Origin: Octopus bimaculoides
Lineage: Eukaryota
NCBI RefSeq assembly: GCF_001194135.2
Contig: NC_068987.1
Coordinates: forward strand, 16,041,021-16,105,020
Reading direction: 5' to 3'
DNA length: 64,000 nt
The notes under the pieces: generated by a model
Seen by the model: only the letters and a program-made list of their open reading frames with translations
The model's database searches: none
Told to the model about the DNA's origin: nothing
Made by a program: the position numbers and the translations under genes
In this document: positions 1-14,107 of the stretch, one piece after another
Layout: each line of letters opens with the position of its first letter
How positions within the stretch are numbered: position 1 is the stretch's first letter

Positions 1-1931
1 TAGAAGACAATTGCCCAAGGTATCACGCAATGGGACTGAACCCGGAGCCATGTGGTTGGGAAGCAAGCTTCTTACCACAAACCTACCAGTGCCCTGTGCC
101 CTTCATGTGCCTCTTTTATCGTTATTACAGTGGTTCTTGCTCTCCTGAATTAGTATGTGATCTATCATCCACTGCATCTCTCTGCCCTTTCCTTGACTTA
201 TCTTTTCTACTCTCACCCCACTTTGAAACTGTACACTGCACTTCTCCCTGTTGTCCAGAATTACATTCTACTGACTATCCATCACTGCTCTGTAGAAACC
301 CAAGCTGAGTAATAGCCTCTCCAACCTGGCAGAACCTGTGGTCACTGCAACTCTTCTTTGGTTTTAAGTAACATATTTGCACATGCATACATGTTATTTA
401 AAGCCAAGGAGTGTGAGTGCATGTGCACACACACACACACACACACTCAAACTCTCCCTTTCTCTTTTTCCCATCTCCTTCCCCACTCTCTGATATGTCA
501 TAAAAAAAAAATATCTGATGAGAAGCAGTTTTCCGATAAGGAATGATATAGCACTAGATCTCTTTTTAAACATCATCCCATCTTATGTGATAATCCTTTA
601 TCCTCCTCAACTCTGAAAACAATAATTTGCCTGATATTAAATATTATTGTTTGTAAAATAGAGATGGCCAAGACATTGGAGCATCGGACTAAGTGCATTG
701 GAGTATTTTTTGTTGTTTTTTTTTTAATGTTATTCTTGGATCTGCATTCAAATCTTACTAGGATTGATTTTAGCTTCATTCCCTCTTGGTAGGGGCAGGG
801 TCAATAAAATATGTGCTGAGGTCAATGTAGTTGACTCAACTTCAACAATTGATTTTATACCCTTGTAAGGGAGATGCTAGCAGCAGCAGCAGCAGTTCCT
901 GCTACTGCTGTAGAATGTATGGATTAATAACCATTTTTGTTGCATTTGTATGTTACTCTTTGTTGGAGCAGGGGAACATAAAAACAAAAGGTTAAGAACA
1001 AGAACTCTTAGTTTGTATGGCTTAGATTTATTTATAAGCTAGCTTTGCTTCTCATAACATGTTTTATCTTTGTCGTGACATCAACGATTGGGTATTCGGT
1101 ATAGCTTTCTGCATCTTCTAGCCTTTTACTTTATTACTTTGCCATTCAGTTATATCAGTAAATGCACATGCTCAAATAGACATTTTACCCATTGCTTCTC
1201 TCTTCCCTCTTTCTTAACTTCTCTACATTTGACTTTTTAAAGCTTGTAAGCATGGCATACATTTTGTATGGGATAAATGTAGCTTAGGCAGTCATCATTA
1301 TTGTTTATAATGATGATGTGTTTTCGTTTTTCTTGTTGGAAAAGGAATGTAATATGTTTTTACTTAGTTAATCCAGCAATATTACAGGGTGCTTATTTTA
1401 TCGATTCCTTCTTTATGGAGTGAAAAATATGATGTTCCTGCCTTGTCCCCACTCACCAGATCTAAAAACACAAGCCAATAAGAAAACCTTTTCACAGTTG
1501 CTTGACCTACTAAAAATGGCAGCCAAATCTCCCTAAGATCATTCTGTATTATCTTTAAAGAAAAGAAAGACAGACACATTGACTAATCCTGGATGTACAA
1601 AAAGACAAGATTGGTCAAGGTGGAACAATCTTTGATCATAAATCTGCTCAAGCAGAGCTAACTAGGAACTAAACAGGCAACTCTCATTTTGGTAAATGTT
1701 ACATTTATCTAATCTTCTTCACCCATTTATTCCTGGAGGGTTGTGAGAAAAATATCCCCAAGTATGCCTTCCATCAGCTCAGAAGCAGCTGTCTCCAATT
1801 AATCTGCCTGGTTCCCTAAGCAAGACCAACCGAAATCGTGGATGTTATCCAGTCATCTTGTTTGCTTCTACCCCTGGGTGAAATAATTTGTTTTATATTT
1901 GTTTCTTGCATGCTAGTATGGATTAGACAAA

Positions 1932-3156
1932 TATTCGGTCATCCCATAAATAATGTGGTTTTTTTCAGTTGCATAAACTAAAAGTTGGTTGATAAACCAA
2001 CTGGGGATAAACTACCTGCATCAACTTGCTATAAAAGCAGGTAGTAATTTTACCATGTCCTTATTCTTAGTTTAAGTTTTAAAGAATGCAGTTCGATTTT
2101 AAGTTTTTTTTATTTCAAAGCTATAATGGAAGTGACAAAGGAGCATATTCGGCATATTTTGTTTTATGAGTTCAGTAAAGGCAACAACACAACAGAAAGT
2201 GTGAGGAATATTAATGCAGTGTATGGGGATTGGACAATAAGCGTAAGCCAGTGTCAACAGTGGTTCCAGAAATTCCAAGCTGGAAACTACAGCCTAGAAG
2301 ACGAACCTTGTCCTGGAAGATCTGTAGAGCTTGACAAGGACGTCCTGCAAACCCTGGTGGAACAAAATCCCATTGTTTAAGAACTAGCAGAGCAACCATT
2401 CATTGACACCCGCATGCCATTGGAAATGTCAGCAAATTGGGTCAATGGGTTTCTCAAAATCTTTCCCAGTCTAATCGCATACAGAGAGTGAATGTGTGCT
2501 CTTCTTTGCTGTCATGTCTCATGAATGAAGCTTTTTTGGACCGAACAGTGACTGGTGACAAGAAATGGGTTCTCTATAAAAATGTCAAACACCGAAGATA
2601 GTGGGTAGGAAAGGAGAAACATCAGCACCCAAGGCTAAAGAAGATCTTCACCCACATAAGGTGTTGTTATCTGTTTGTTGGGATATGAAAGGTTTAGTCC
2701 ACTTTGAACTTTTAAACCCAAACCAAGCAATAACAAGGTCACTGCTACAAGAAAAACGACCATTTTTGGTTTCATGATGAAAGTTTTCTTCCATCAGGAT
2801 AATGCTCGGCCACATACAGTGAGGATGACATTCCAAAGGCTGGAGTACTTTGAATGGGATGATGCCCCACCCACCATATTCACAGGACATTTCCCCATGT
2901 GATTATCATTTATTCTGCAGTCTTCAAAATCATTTAGACAGAAAAAATATGAATTCTATAGACAAGGTCAGAATAGTACTAGAGGAGTATTTTTCATCAC
3001 GGACAAGTGAATTTTGGAAAAGGGGCCTCTAAGTCTACCAGATAGATAGAAGAGCATTGTAGAAAATGAAGGGGAGTATATTTTAGATTAAAAATCTTAA
3101 TTTTAAAAAATAAAAAGAAGTATAAAAAGCTGAATTATTTATGGGATAACCCAATA
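1932..3156 (+). mobile_element. Full-length defective mariner (DD34D-type) transposon
   Basis: TIRs TATTCGGTCATCCCATAAATAAT and its complement ending 3156, TA at both ends. Transposase fragments MEVTKEHIRHIL..., TGDKKWV, HQDNARPH, HPPYSQDISPCDYHLF are broken by stops and frameshifts. Confidence 0.92.
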
Positions 3157-4475
3157 TATTATTGAGGCATTGTTTTACAACCAGATGCGCTTCCAGTCAC
3201 TAACCCATACTTGTTTTCTAAGTAAGGGTTCTTTTATTTCACACGTCTTCAAATGTACAATGCAAGCCAGTAATATCTTGACAGGAAAAGTAACAACACC
3301 ACCACTTATAGCTCATGACTTTCATGGAATGCGAATGTAAACACAGAAAACACACTTCTTTCAGTTTCTGTCTACCAAACTCACAAGGCTTTGGTCAGCT
3401 TTTTGCTTTAGTGGAAGATACTTGCCCTAGGTTTATATGTGTAAGGGACCTCATCAGATCTGCAAGCACTCCATACATTCTACCTATACTTCCTACTGGT
3501 CATTTATAATAGTATCAACATCTATTTTCATCATTTTTGCTATCCATCAGTTCTCTCACCTGTATTTTCTTTAGTCCTGATGCCATGATAAAAAGCAACC
3601 AGTACACTGTGTTAAGTGTGGAAGTTTCCACGTCTTCAACAAGACCTTTTAGTCTTGTTGGAAGATGTGGCAGCATTCTCTAATGCTAGTGCCATGAAAA
3701 TGTGTGCCCAATATACTCAGTAAGATGGTTGGTGGAGAAACCAAGCCAGAAATTAACCTTACAAATGAGATTTCCCCTGAGAGTAACAGCAACCTGTCCA
3801 ACTCATACCAGCATAGAAAGCAGATGTAAGTGGGTGGTGGTGGTGGTGGTGATACACACATATACATGGAAAGAGAGAGAAAGAAAGAAATGTTTATGGA
3901 AAAGTGCCGTCTGATACTTTCCTTTTGTTATGGTTTGTTTTTCACTGAATTGATTTCCTTCCATATGAAGCAGTAGCAGTTGTAGTTGTTTTTCTGGGAG
4001 GTGACTTGTATTACTCAGAGAGGAAAATTGCTGGGTGTTGGTGGATCAATCTTATTGTAAATAATGCAGGCCATCTTCAGAAAATGGATGCTTCATACTG
4101 CATTCAGTTTGGTGCATCAGGATGCATTCGTGTCCCACCTCATTCAATAACTGCTATCGGTTGAAAGCTCACTAAAACATGCCCAAATAATACTGTGACT
4201 AAGTCTATTGATTTCCTTTCTTTCTTTACTGAAGAGTTTGTGTAGTTAATTTTGAAGCAGGTTGAAAAATAATTAAAATATTTTTTGATAAACATTACAA
4301 GAGCTCTACTTCAAAATTTTTGGTTTCTTTTCTTGCATTGAAGATAAATCAGTCTCCTTCCAGCTATGTTCTTTGGATGATTTAAGCAAAACAATGAAAG
4401 TTGTTCACCCTAGTTCATACTGTTTAAGCAAATCCTATGATCAAAGGTGTTCTAACTGTAATCATCTTGTCTAGG

Positions 4476-4664
4476 GGGCACGTAAAATTACCCACTACAC
4501 TCTTGGAGTGGTTGGCGTTAGGAAGGGCATCCAGCTGTAGAAACTCTGCCAAATCAGATTGGAGCCTGGTGTAGCCGTCTGGTTCACCAGTCCTCAGTCA
4601 AATCGTCCAACCCATGCTAGCATGGAAAGTGGACGTTAAACGATGATGATGATGATGATGATGA
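4476..4664 (+). mobile_element. RTE-family 3' tail copy
   Basis: Near-identical to 28470-28643, with (GAT)n tail. Confidence 0.85.
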
Positions 4665-5441
4665 ATAGGGTATGATTTGATGGAGTTTGGCTGTTGTTTC
4701 TACCTTGTAAAAACAACCACGAATAAGCTATCTTGTTTATTCAACTGTGCATCACTCTATAAAGTGGTTGGTGCTATGAAGGGTGTCTAGCTGTAGACAC
4801 TAAGGCCAAATGCCATGTACAAGACCTTGACTTGATCCTCGACTAATCTGGGACAGTAACTCCAAATAGAAACTAGCTCAGAATGTGATAACCTTTCCAA
4901 CCCATGCCAGCATGGACAACGGTCACAAAAAGGTTGATGATAAAAGTAATGAATGAATCAATGAGAGTTAAGTGTTTTAGCCATTGATAAAGTGCAGAAC
5001 TATTGATATAGTATGAACCATGAAAACAGCTGACTTGGCTATTGGTGTATGTGATGATGATTGTGTTTTTAAAAGTGGTTTTGTTGAGTTTTTTGTTTGC
5101 TTTTTTTATAGTTGACTGATATTTAAATGTTAATTCTAATTTAAGAATATTTGTATTCATTATATTTTCATCAATAGTTTTGTTATTATTATTATTATTA
5201 ATATTATGTTTATTTTAATTTAGCTTGTTTCATATCAGTTGCTTTAATCAGAATGATTAATAGTTGAAAATGTTATTCAAATTTTTATGAATTCACATCA
5301 CTGCTGAAATTTCTTTTTTAAAAAATCCCCCCAAAAACTCTGTTTTATTTTTCATTTTGTTCAGAACTATTTTGAAATAAATATTAATGTTAATGGTGTC
5401 ATCTTTATTTATTTTTCCCTCTCTCTTTTTTTCTTTTTAAG

Positions 5442-5751
5442 GATGAGGTCGTTGTTGAGAGCACAGAGTCGTCATCGCCGGTGGTACAGCAGTCAGTGCC
5501 GGCATCATCATCATCATCTACTTCATCATCTACATCATCATCATCATTATCGTCGTCATCATCATCATCATTATCACCCCCAACACCACCACCACAACAA
5601 CAGCAAACAAACCCTACAGTTGATTGTAGGGAACTGCAGGTGGATGAGGTAGCATTGCTGTCTTCTGGTGCTACCATCATTAAAGATGGTGAGACTCCAG
5701 AAATGGCACTGCTGAAGGCAGCTATTGGGAAGGACAAGAAGAAAGACAAAG
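5442..5751 (+). CDS. Asx: Asx/ASXL internal exon, first recognised in window (DEVVVEST...GKDKKKDK, phase 0 to 1)
   Basis: Polypyrimidine tract plus AAG acceptor ending 5441; open frame; donor AAAG|GTGATT at 5752; the phase-1 end matches the next exon. Assigned to Asx by phase chain and strand only, no conserved motif. Confidence 0.6.
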
Positions 5752-5754
5752 GTG

Positions 5755-5781
5755 ATTATCATTATTATTATTATTATTATT

Positions 5782-5834
<53 letters not shown>

Positions 5835-5835
5835 T
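5755..5835. repeat. (TAT)n(CAT)n microsatellite right after an Asx donor site
   Basis: Direct reading of the sequence. Confidence 0.95.
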
Positions 5836-5990
5836 TAAGGTGACAAGCTAGCAGAATCATTACAACACCAGAAAAAATGCTTCGGGGCGTTTCTTCCAAT
5901 TTACATTTTGAGTTCACATGCTGCATGGGTCAATTTGCTCTGGCCTTATGCCAAAATTCGAAATTTATTATTATTATTATTATTATTTAT

Positions 5991-6586
5991 AGGCGTAGGA
6001 GTGGCTGTGTGGTAAGTAGCTTGCTTACCAACCACATGGTTCTGGGTTCAGTCCCACTGCGTGGCACCTTGGGCAAGTGTCTTCTACTATAGCCTCAGGC
6101 CGACCAAAACCTTGTGAGTGGATTTGGTAGACGGAAACTGAAAGAAGCCCGTCGTATATATATATATATATATATAAATAAAAACAAATAGTAAATGAGT
6201 ATATGCATATATACGTACTGGTATGTGCATACCGACATCCACCTGTATGTATAGGTGCATATCTGGGTACAGGACATTGCAAACAAAACGTAGACGAGAA
6301 AACACACAAGCCACATAGAGAACATTCTCCTTCATCAGCTACCCCCGTTTTAACACCGGCGTTTCGAAGAGCTATATGTATGTATGTTTGTGTGTCTGTG
6401 TTTGTCTCCCCAACATTGCTTGACAACCGATGCTGGTGTGTTTACGTCCCCGTAACTTAGCGGTTCGGCAAAAGAGACCGATAGAATGAGTACTAGGCTT
6501 ACAAAGAATAAGTCCTGGGGTCAATTTGCTTGACTAAAGGCAGTGCTCCAGCATGGCTGCAGTCAAATGACTGCAACAAGTAAAAG

Positions 6587-6589
<3 letters not shown>
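5991..6589 (+). mobile_element. Full-length tRNA-derived SINE (family A) with a nested insert in its (TA)n linker
   Basis: A/B-box-like head TGGCTGTGTGGTAAG / GGTTCAGTCCC; head and tail are collinear with the minus copy at 39018-39416. Confidence 0.85.
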
Positions 6590-6619
<30 letters not shown>

Positions 6620-7958
6620 GATTTATTTATTTCAATTTCTTAAATTTGATATTTGATGGGTTAACCTTAAAATAGAGAAATTAAACAAAATCCTATGGAA
6701 TCTGACCTTTCGAGAGATTTTTCTTCCATATTTCATACATTCTGTACATGATATCTGTATTTTTACTCTGCAAGGAGGCTTGTTTTCAAAACCATTTATT
6801 CCCAATTTATTGTGCTGTTGTTAATCCATACAAATATTAATGCCATGTTTAGTGTGGGCGACAATGGTAATCCTTCCAGAAAACATGCATACGTAAACAA
6901 ACACCTAACTATTGACAAAACTTGATAATGGCACCTCACTGTTTTGTGTTTCTCTTGTGTTTTCATTCAGTCTTCTTTTCCTTCTCTCCCTCTTTTATTT
7001 ATTGTAAAGAATGTCGCATAAACATTGGTTTATTTCACAATTTGATTTCAGTGTGAATCTATTGTACACGTTATGTACACATACAAACATGTGTGAACAC
7101 ACAACCTCCCCCCACAACCCCCACTCCACTCCTGCTACTGCTCTTACATTACTCTAGATTTGCTAATGTTGAGCAACGTAAATTTAGTCTGAACATGCTT
7201 ACTGTAAGGAAATTTGAAAACAAAACTATACATCTATTCTTTTAATTCTCTTACTGGTCTTAGGTATTGTTCTTTGGTTAAGCTCGGGTGCTGTCTCTAA
7301 TGGTTTCAGTTGATTATATTCTCGTTGCACTCAATATCTTTTCCTGGTGCTTATTTTGATAGCGTTAGAAATAAAAAGGTATGTGATGTGATCTTAGATG
7401 TCAAGGGAGATAACTTAGCTAGACCTAACTAGCTCAAGGTATATTTGTTTGCTGTACCGGTTTTGTTCATTCAGCAGTAAAGGGTTGAGAGAAAGAGAGA
7501 GGTGGGGTCATATAATAATAATAATAATAATAATGATGATGATGATGATGAACTTATTGTATACAGTGTTCCAGTGCATGTACAGTACATAGAACAGTGC
7601 ACAAAAAGACAGGGAAGTGAACAGTGAATGAGTCGTCAAAAAAAGATAACATTAAACCTAGTGTTAGTGACAAGTAATCCCACATTTCTGTTTGCTAAGT
7701 GTCACTCACTGAGTGTTGGTCAACTTGAGTCTACAATAAAAGACACTTGCTCAAAGTGTCACACAGTGGAACTGCAAAGCAAGCTTCTTACATTATGTGA
7801 CCATGTCTGTGCTTATTTATAACTTCCTTCAATCAGCCTAGCCAATAGTTACATTGTCATCTATCATATAGAAAAACAAGGTGATCAGCTTCCCTATCCA
7901 GTAGTCAACTTACTCATTGCACCTATTAAATTATTTGCCTTCTCCAAAACATTGAGTG

Positions 7959-7995
<37 letters not shown>

Positions 7996-10700
7996 TCTCT
8001 CATTAAATTCCTTCCCATGACCAGTGCTTAAATTTCCTCACTTCCATTGGCCTCTATTATTTCAGTTCGAGTTTTCTAGCATCAAACTGGCTCTCGTGTT
8101 CAGTTTTAAACTCATTCAGAGGTACATCTTTCTACTTCTTGTAGTTAAGTGTGCTAAAAATTTTGATGTCGTTACCTAATTCACACATTAACTATTGGCA
8201 TTAGGAAGGCTGTTTAATTCTTACAATTCTTCCAGTAATTCGTGTGAAGTATTTACATCTTCCAACATATATTAGGATTCAAGACAGGGTATGAAATGCA
8301 TCAGCACAAATTAGATATATGTGTCCAAAGTATTGTATGACAAATGTCCTTTTATTTTAATAGCTATGTAATAAGGTTTTATTCTTTTTTCAATTAAGTC
8401 TGTTTAGATGGGACACCATTGTGTCTAAGTGATTTACATTATAACTTCTTGGAAAAGCCATTTATTCCACAGTGGTACCATTATACCATTTGTATTATTT
8501 TGAATGTATATCTCTCTGGTTCTGTTTAGTTCTGTCACTTGTTGAGCACTGTTTTGCAACTGTTTACTTTGAGACATTTCTAAGTCATATTAAAATTAAT
8601 GTGCCAAACTCACATTTTCCTTTTGTAACCATCCATCAATATTGAAGAATGTTCTATGTTAGCACCTTAATTACGAAATACTCTTGGTTACAATAGGTCT
8701 GTATTTTAAATATAAAATGGCTCACAGGGAAAATTATTCATCTATTTCTAGATATGAATTACTGTTGTTTCTGGATCCCATTTTCCCCCAGATCTGTTAT
8801 TTATTACATTCTGTAGTGGTTTAGTGGACTGTTGTAGCTGTCAGCTGCAGATTCCTGTCAGACAGTCTTGTTGGTATATTGATAGCTTTGCATTTGTGTC
8901 TATTTTGTTGGGGTTTTTTTTATGTATTTCATTTTAGTTTTTTTATTTGAAATATGTTGTTTGCTTAAAGAGGTTTCTTTGAGTTTGATTTATTTTGAAA
9001 TCAATCCATTATTAAGTATATGCAATCCCAGTTTTGCTGCTCTTAGTGTCCATATGTTTTTTGCTCTAGAGCGTAGTAAGTCTCTGTATCATATAAAAGT
9101 GTGTTACCAGTCACAGACCTACCTCTTCATTACTTCTCTGTTATTCTATTTGCCTGCATTGATTTATAGGACATTTTTTTTTCTCATTTCTTGACTGATT
9201 CTCTTTTTAATTATGATATTCTTTCATGTTATGGCAGTCACCATATTTTATTCACACCAAATATAAAACAGTTTTTTTTTTATTTTGTCTTTTTTTAATA
9301 ATAGCGTGAGTGGTTAACATGTCAGAATTCTGACTTGGAAGCAATGTGTTCAAGTTCTGCCAACATATTTACATATTTATATTTCGAAGCACCATTACAT
9401 ACTCGTTGCCAACCAGACTAGAAATAAAAATGTTTAAGTTAGATATTCATTTTGTAAAGATGCCAGTAACTGGAGCAGCAGCAATGTCCATCTTTTCAGA
9501 ACAAAGTCAATATCAAAATAAAATGAAATATAAATGTAATTACTTGGATACAAATTAATACACATAGCAATAGCTCTCAAGTTATCCTAGATATGGAATA
9601 GTCAGCTAATTTGCCAATCTGTCAACTCAAGCAAATTGATAATGCAAAAAGAAATTATTTGAAAAAGTTCAGTATTAGTTTCCTCCGCCTTTCTCTCTTC
9701 TAAACTGATTATTTCATTCTTAGCAAGATCATGCCAGAGTTCTTGTTGTTTCTCTGAGAATCCACTCCTCTCCACTTCAAACCAAAATAGTATTTCAGGT
9801 GTAATAAAATAAAAAAAAATAAAAAAAAGAAGAAATCAAAGATGTAAAGAAGTTATGTAAAACACTCAGCATTTCTGTTAAGCAGTATTTCATGACACTG
9901 TAGCCTTGCGGTTAAGATACTCTACTCTTCACCAATATGATCATAGGCTCAAATCTCATGACTGTGCTTATTAAGGTGGCGGGCTGGTAGAATCATTACT
10001 GCATTGCACAAAATACTTAGTGGCATTTCTTGCAGCATATTACATTCTAAGTTCAACCTCTGCTGAGTTTGACTTCATTTGCAATTTTTCAGGGTTGAAA
10101 AAAATAAATACCAGTTGAGCACTTGGATCGATGTAACTGACTTGGCCTCTCCTCCTAAAATTGCTGGTCTTGTGCCACAGTTTGAAACTTTAATGTTACC
10201 TTTATGCTCTTTGACAAGATACATAATTCTGCTTATACAGTTTTCCTTAATGATGAGAAGTTCTACTGTTGATCATTACATGGTTAGCAGCAGGAAGGGT
10301 ATCCATCAGTAAAGCAAAATTTCTCCAGCAAATAAACCATCGCAAGCAAGTAAATAGAAAAAAAAAAAGGTCATAAAATGTGCTGAGGTTGGGAATAGGT
10401 GTAGTAATAACTTTATCATTGTAGCTATTAAGACGAAATATAAGTTTATTTTTAAGGTGCTTCTAATTTGCTCAGTCACAAAACAGTCATAGTATATTGT
10501 AATAGATTATGGAAATATCAATGTAATCCTACTGCAGTAACAGTTGGTGGTCTCTTAATTCAAAGTCTAATTTTCACGTCTCATGATAGTTCCTGCAATT
10601 AACAACCCACAAGTACATTAGCTAAATTTTGTGCTCTGTATTTTGCATCAGTAGAAAATACAGCTTTTGTAATGGTTGTGTGTGTGTGTGTCTGTATAGG

Positions 10701-12025
10701 TACAGGGTGCGATGGGTAAATTGTCGCCATATTATATTTTTAATTTCATGCATGCACATTGTTGGTTTTTGATTTTGTCGACTACACAGTATAGTAGGTT
10801 TTGTTGGGCACCGTCTGTGAGAAAAACAGCACCATAACACAATTCACTCTGCCAGAAATTTGGAAACAACATGCTGTACTGCTTGGCATTTGCACTAGAA
10901 GTTCCAATATGAACATTTCAGTGTGTTTGGGTGTCAATCTGAGGACAGTGCAGAGGATTCAGAAAGAGTTGGATGAGTCTAATGGTGATTACGAAGGTAC
11001 AGCAACTCAGAAAATTCACTCTGATTGTTCTGATAAGAAAAGAACTCAAGAATTTGTTGGTGAGATCCAGGCCATGATTGACAACGATCCCTCCAAGTCA
11101 ATCAGGTCCATTGCCAGGGATATGGGAGTGTTTCTTATCAGGCAGGTGGTGCATGAAAACATTTGGTATTTCTCATACAAGATGAGAAAGGGCCAATTTT
11201 TATCCCAAGCCATCAAGGACAAGAGGAAAGACTGCGCTATGAAGCTTTTGAACAAACTCAAGCATGCCCTCCAACCGAACATGCTTTGGTTTTTCTCAGA
11301 TGAAAAAATTTCTGTCAGGATCAGATAGTGAACACACAGAATAACCGTTGGCTTGCTGTGTCCCCAAAACATGTACCGAGAATGATAAAAATTAGACATC
11401 CAGTCAACATCATGGTGTTTGGAGTGATCACTATTGATGGTGACATTATGCCTCCATTCATCTTCCTACATGTCCTCAGACTCAAGACAGAGGCTTGCAT
11501 CAAGTACCTGGAGGAGATAGTGCTGTCCTGAGTCAAGAGAGTGGCTCCTGGAAGATCTTATGTCTGGCAACAGGACTCTGCACCATGCCACACAAACAGG
11601 AGAACCCAGTCATGGCTGTCAGACAATTTCTGCAACCACATTACCCCTGACACCTGGCCACCACATCACCCCTAACACCTGGCCACCTAACTCCCCAGAC
11701 TGCAACCCCCTTGATTATTGTGTCGGGGACACATTTGAGTGAGAGACCAACAAAACTCCTTATAACACCAAAGATGAACTGAAGGCAAGGATTATGATAG
11801 GATTCACCAACTTAAACAAGGAGACCGTCCAGAAGAGTTGCAGGAGATTCCGAAGTCGTCTGGAGGTGGTAGTTGAAGCGAATGGCGATTTTATTGAATA
11901 AATTTACTGTTTAGTATTTCAAGATATTTTATGTAATTTTGGTACATATATCTGTTAAAGTGAGATATCAGAGTTATTTTCATTTTTGCACAATTTAGAC
12001 GACAATCCATTCATCGCACCCTGTA
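10701..12025 (+). mobile_element. Full-length defective maT-family (DD37D) Tc1/mariner transposon
   Basis: TIRs TACAGGGTGCGATG..; motifs FFSDEK, MVFGVI, QQDSAPCH, WPPNSPDCNPLDY. There are 37 residues between the 2nd and 3rd Asp once a 25-bp duplication is removed. Confidence 0.9.
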
Positions 12026-13462
12026 TACACACACACACACACACACACTTGCATGTAAGAGTGTATATGCTTCTGTGGATGAAATGGCCAAATGAATACA
12101 ATATTAGCCTACCAGCTTGTAGCATGTGACTTTTTTTTTATCTGTAACATAGCTTTTGATGGGTTATTGAGTAAGGTATTTAAATCACTTTGCCTCTGTA
12201 ATTAATATCATAGGATTTGTACCAGACCTTCTTGGAATGTTATTGGGAGTAACTGAATCTTGTGGTAAACATTGCTTTTATGAACCTCTTAAGCTGTGGC
12301 TTGTCAAGATTTGATCACATTTAAATTTTGATCGAACTGCGTCAGCCTCAAATCTTCTTTAATCTATATTATTCATCTACTTTGTGGTGTGTTATGACAA
12401 GCTCACTTCTTTTCTTTTCTACATACATTAACCATTGCCTGACAAATCAGTTATGTGGTCTCATAACATATTTTTGAAATGTGGCCTCTTAACCTGCTAT
12501 AAATATATATCTACTTAACCTAGACATGGCAGACAAATTTCTCTCATATCACTCCTGGCTTATCTTACAAAATCAAAGGATGCATTGGATAATGTGATCC
12601 TAGATACACATGGTCTAATAACAAAGGGGGTGGTAAAAATTGGAATACTTTTGATCATAGCCCTGATCTGGAACTAAACAACAACAACAACCATTGCCTG
12701 TTTAATCCTCTTACCTTCTCAGTTTATTTACACTCAGTCTATGCATGTTTCTGGTTTACATCATCATCGTTATCCTTTAACGTCTGTTTTCCATGTTGGC
12801 ATGGGTTGGATAGTTTGACCAGAGCCAGGTTCCTGTCTGATTTGACTTGGTTTCTACAGCAGGCTGCTTTTAACATAGCACCAGCATGAGTGTTTCTATG
12901 TGGCACCGACAAGAGTGTCACTGGCACAGGACTCTTGTAAGCCAATCCTCTTCATCGGAGGAAGTGGCCTTAACCCTTCTGCTGTGGAGGACAGGTATTC
13001 TTGAGTACAACAAGGTACCAGGTACAGCAAGGTACCAGGTATCTCAGTCTTTTGTCATCTCATCTGAAAAGTTCAGCATCTTGAAGTCGTCCTTTAGTTT
13101 ACATTAAATGAAATATTTTCACCTGATATCATCATCATCATCATCATCATCATCACCTTAGTGTTCTCTGTCCCTTTCTTGCATGGGTTGGATGAAATTT
13201 TTTGAGGTGGATATTCTATGGCTGGATGTCTTTTCTGTCATTAGCCCCTCATGTTTCCAAGCAAGGTAATATTTTCCCCACGACCAAATATGTTTTCACA
13301 GAAGATTAGAAACAAATGACACCGCTTGCATGACACTAACATTTATTTACAAACTCTCACCCTATATCGAGGCAAGTAGACAAACATACATACATGCATA
13401 CATCATCATCATCGTTTAACGTCCACCTTCCATGCTGGCATGGGCTGAGCGGTTTGACAGGA

Positions 13463-13901
13463 GTGTTGTGTATGATACAATTAACCTCTCTGCAATCTCT
13501 TGCACAGTTATATGACAGTCAGATTCAATTATGGTTTTGATTTGGTCATCTTTGAGTGAAAAATCTCCAGAATGGAATTTTTTAAACCGTTTCTGACATG
13601 TGCATTCTGTTAAACAATCAACGCCATAAACTTCACATATCTCTTTATGAGCCTCAGCAACTTTCTTGCTTTTATGGAAATTAAAAGACAAAATATGGTG
13701 AAAATGTTTGTTTTTGCACTCCATGTTAAAATTGACACTGAACTAACAGCTGTAAACAAAATTATGTGCGATTTGCTTCTAAAGTAAGCTAAAAGTAACA
13801 GCTGTCAAATGTCAAAAGGAAAAAATCATAACATTGACAAAAGTCATTCAAAAAAATCGTAACTCTATCTCTTTGCAATAAACGAAATGACTTTCTTGCC
13901 A
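13463..13901 (-). mobile_element. 5' fragment of a mariner transposon (TIR plus N-terminal HTH)
   Basis: Minus-strand TATATTGGGTTGGCAAGAAAG end; ORF MECKNKHFHHIL..EICEVYG..KFHSGDFSLKDD; truncated against a SINE/LINE tail. Confidence 0.8.
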
Positions 13902-14007
13902 ACCCAATATATAGATACTCCTTCATTGGCTCATGCTGTTATGTGTTACACAGGTTGGATTTTTTTTTGTTTTTAATAAAATGTTAAAAGAAAACAGTTT
14001 CAGGAGT

Positions 14008-14063
14008 TGGTACTAATTCCAAAGATGTCACTTGTTTGGGTCCAGCCTGTGTGGTTACCATGT
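14008..14063 (+). pseudogene. Diverged intronic copy of part of Asx exon 17478-17858
   Basis: 51/56 nt identical to 17635-17690 by hand alignment; reads GTNSKDVTCLGPACVVTM versus GTESKDVTSLGPASVVTM. Confidence 0.85.
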
Positions 14064-14107
14064 TCACTGTAACACATTTTAGACAAACTTGTCCATCCAG
14101 GGCCTGT

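Noticed and set aside
5443-5843. Poly-His and poly-Tyr ORFs around exon 5442-5751
   Set aside because: They are alternative frames of CAT/TAT microsatellites or read-through past the 5752 donor.
6320-6375. Hammerhead-like boxes on the minus strand (GAAAC...GTT...CTGATGA), also at about 61590-61635
   Set aside because: The order fits type II, but stem I does not form, stem II needs a register shift, and the second copy reads CTGACAA. An Infernal search with Rfam hammerhead models on the family consensus would settle it.
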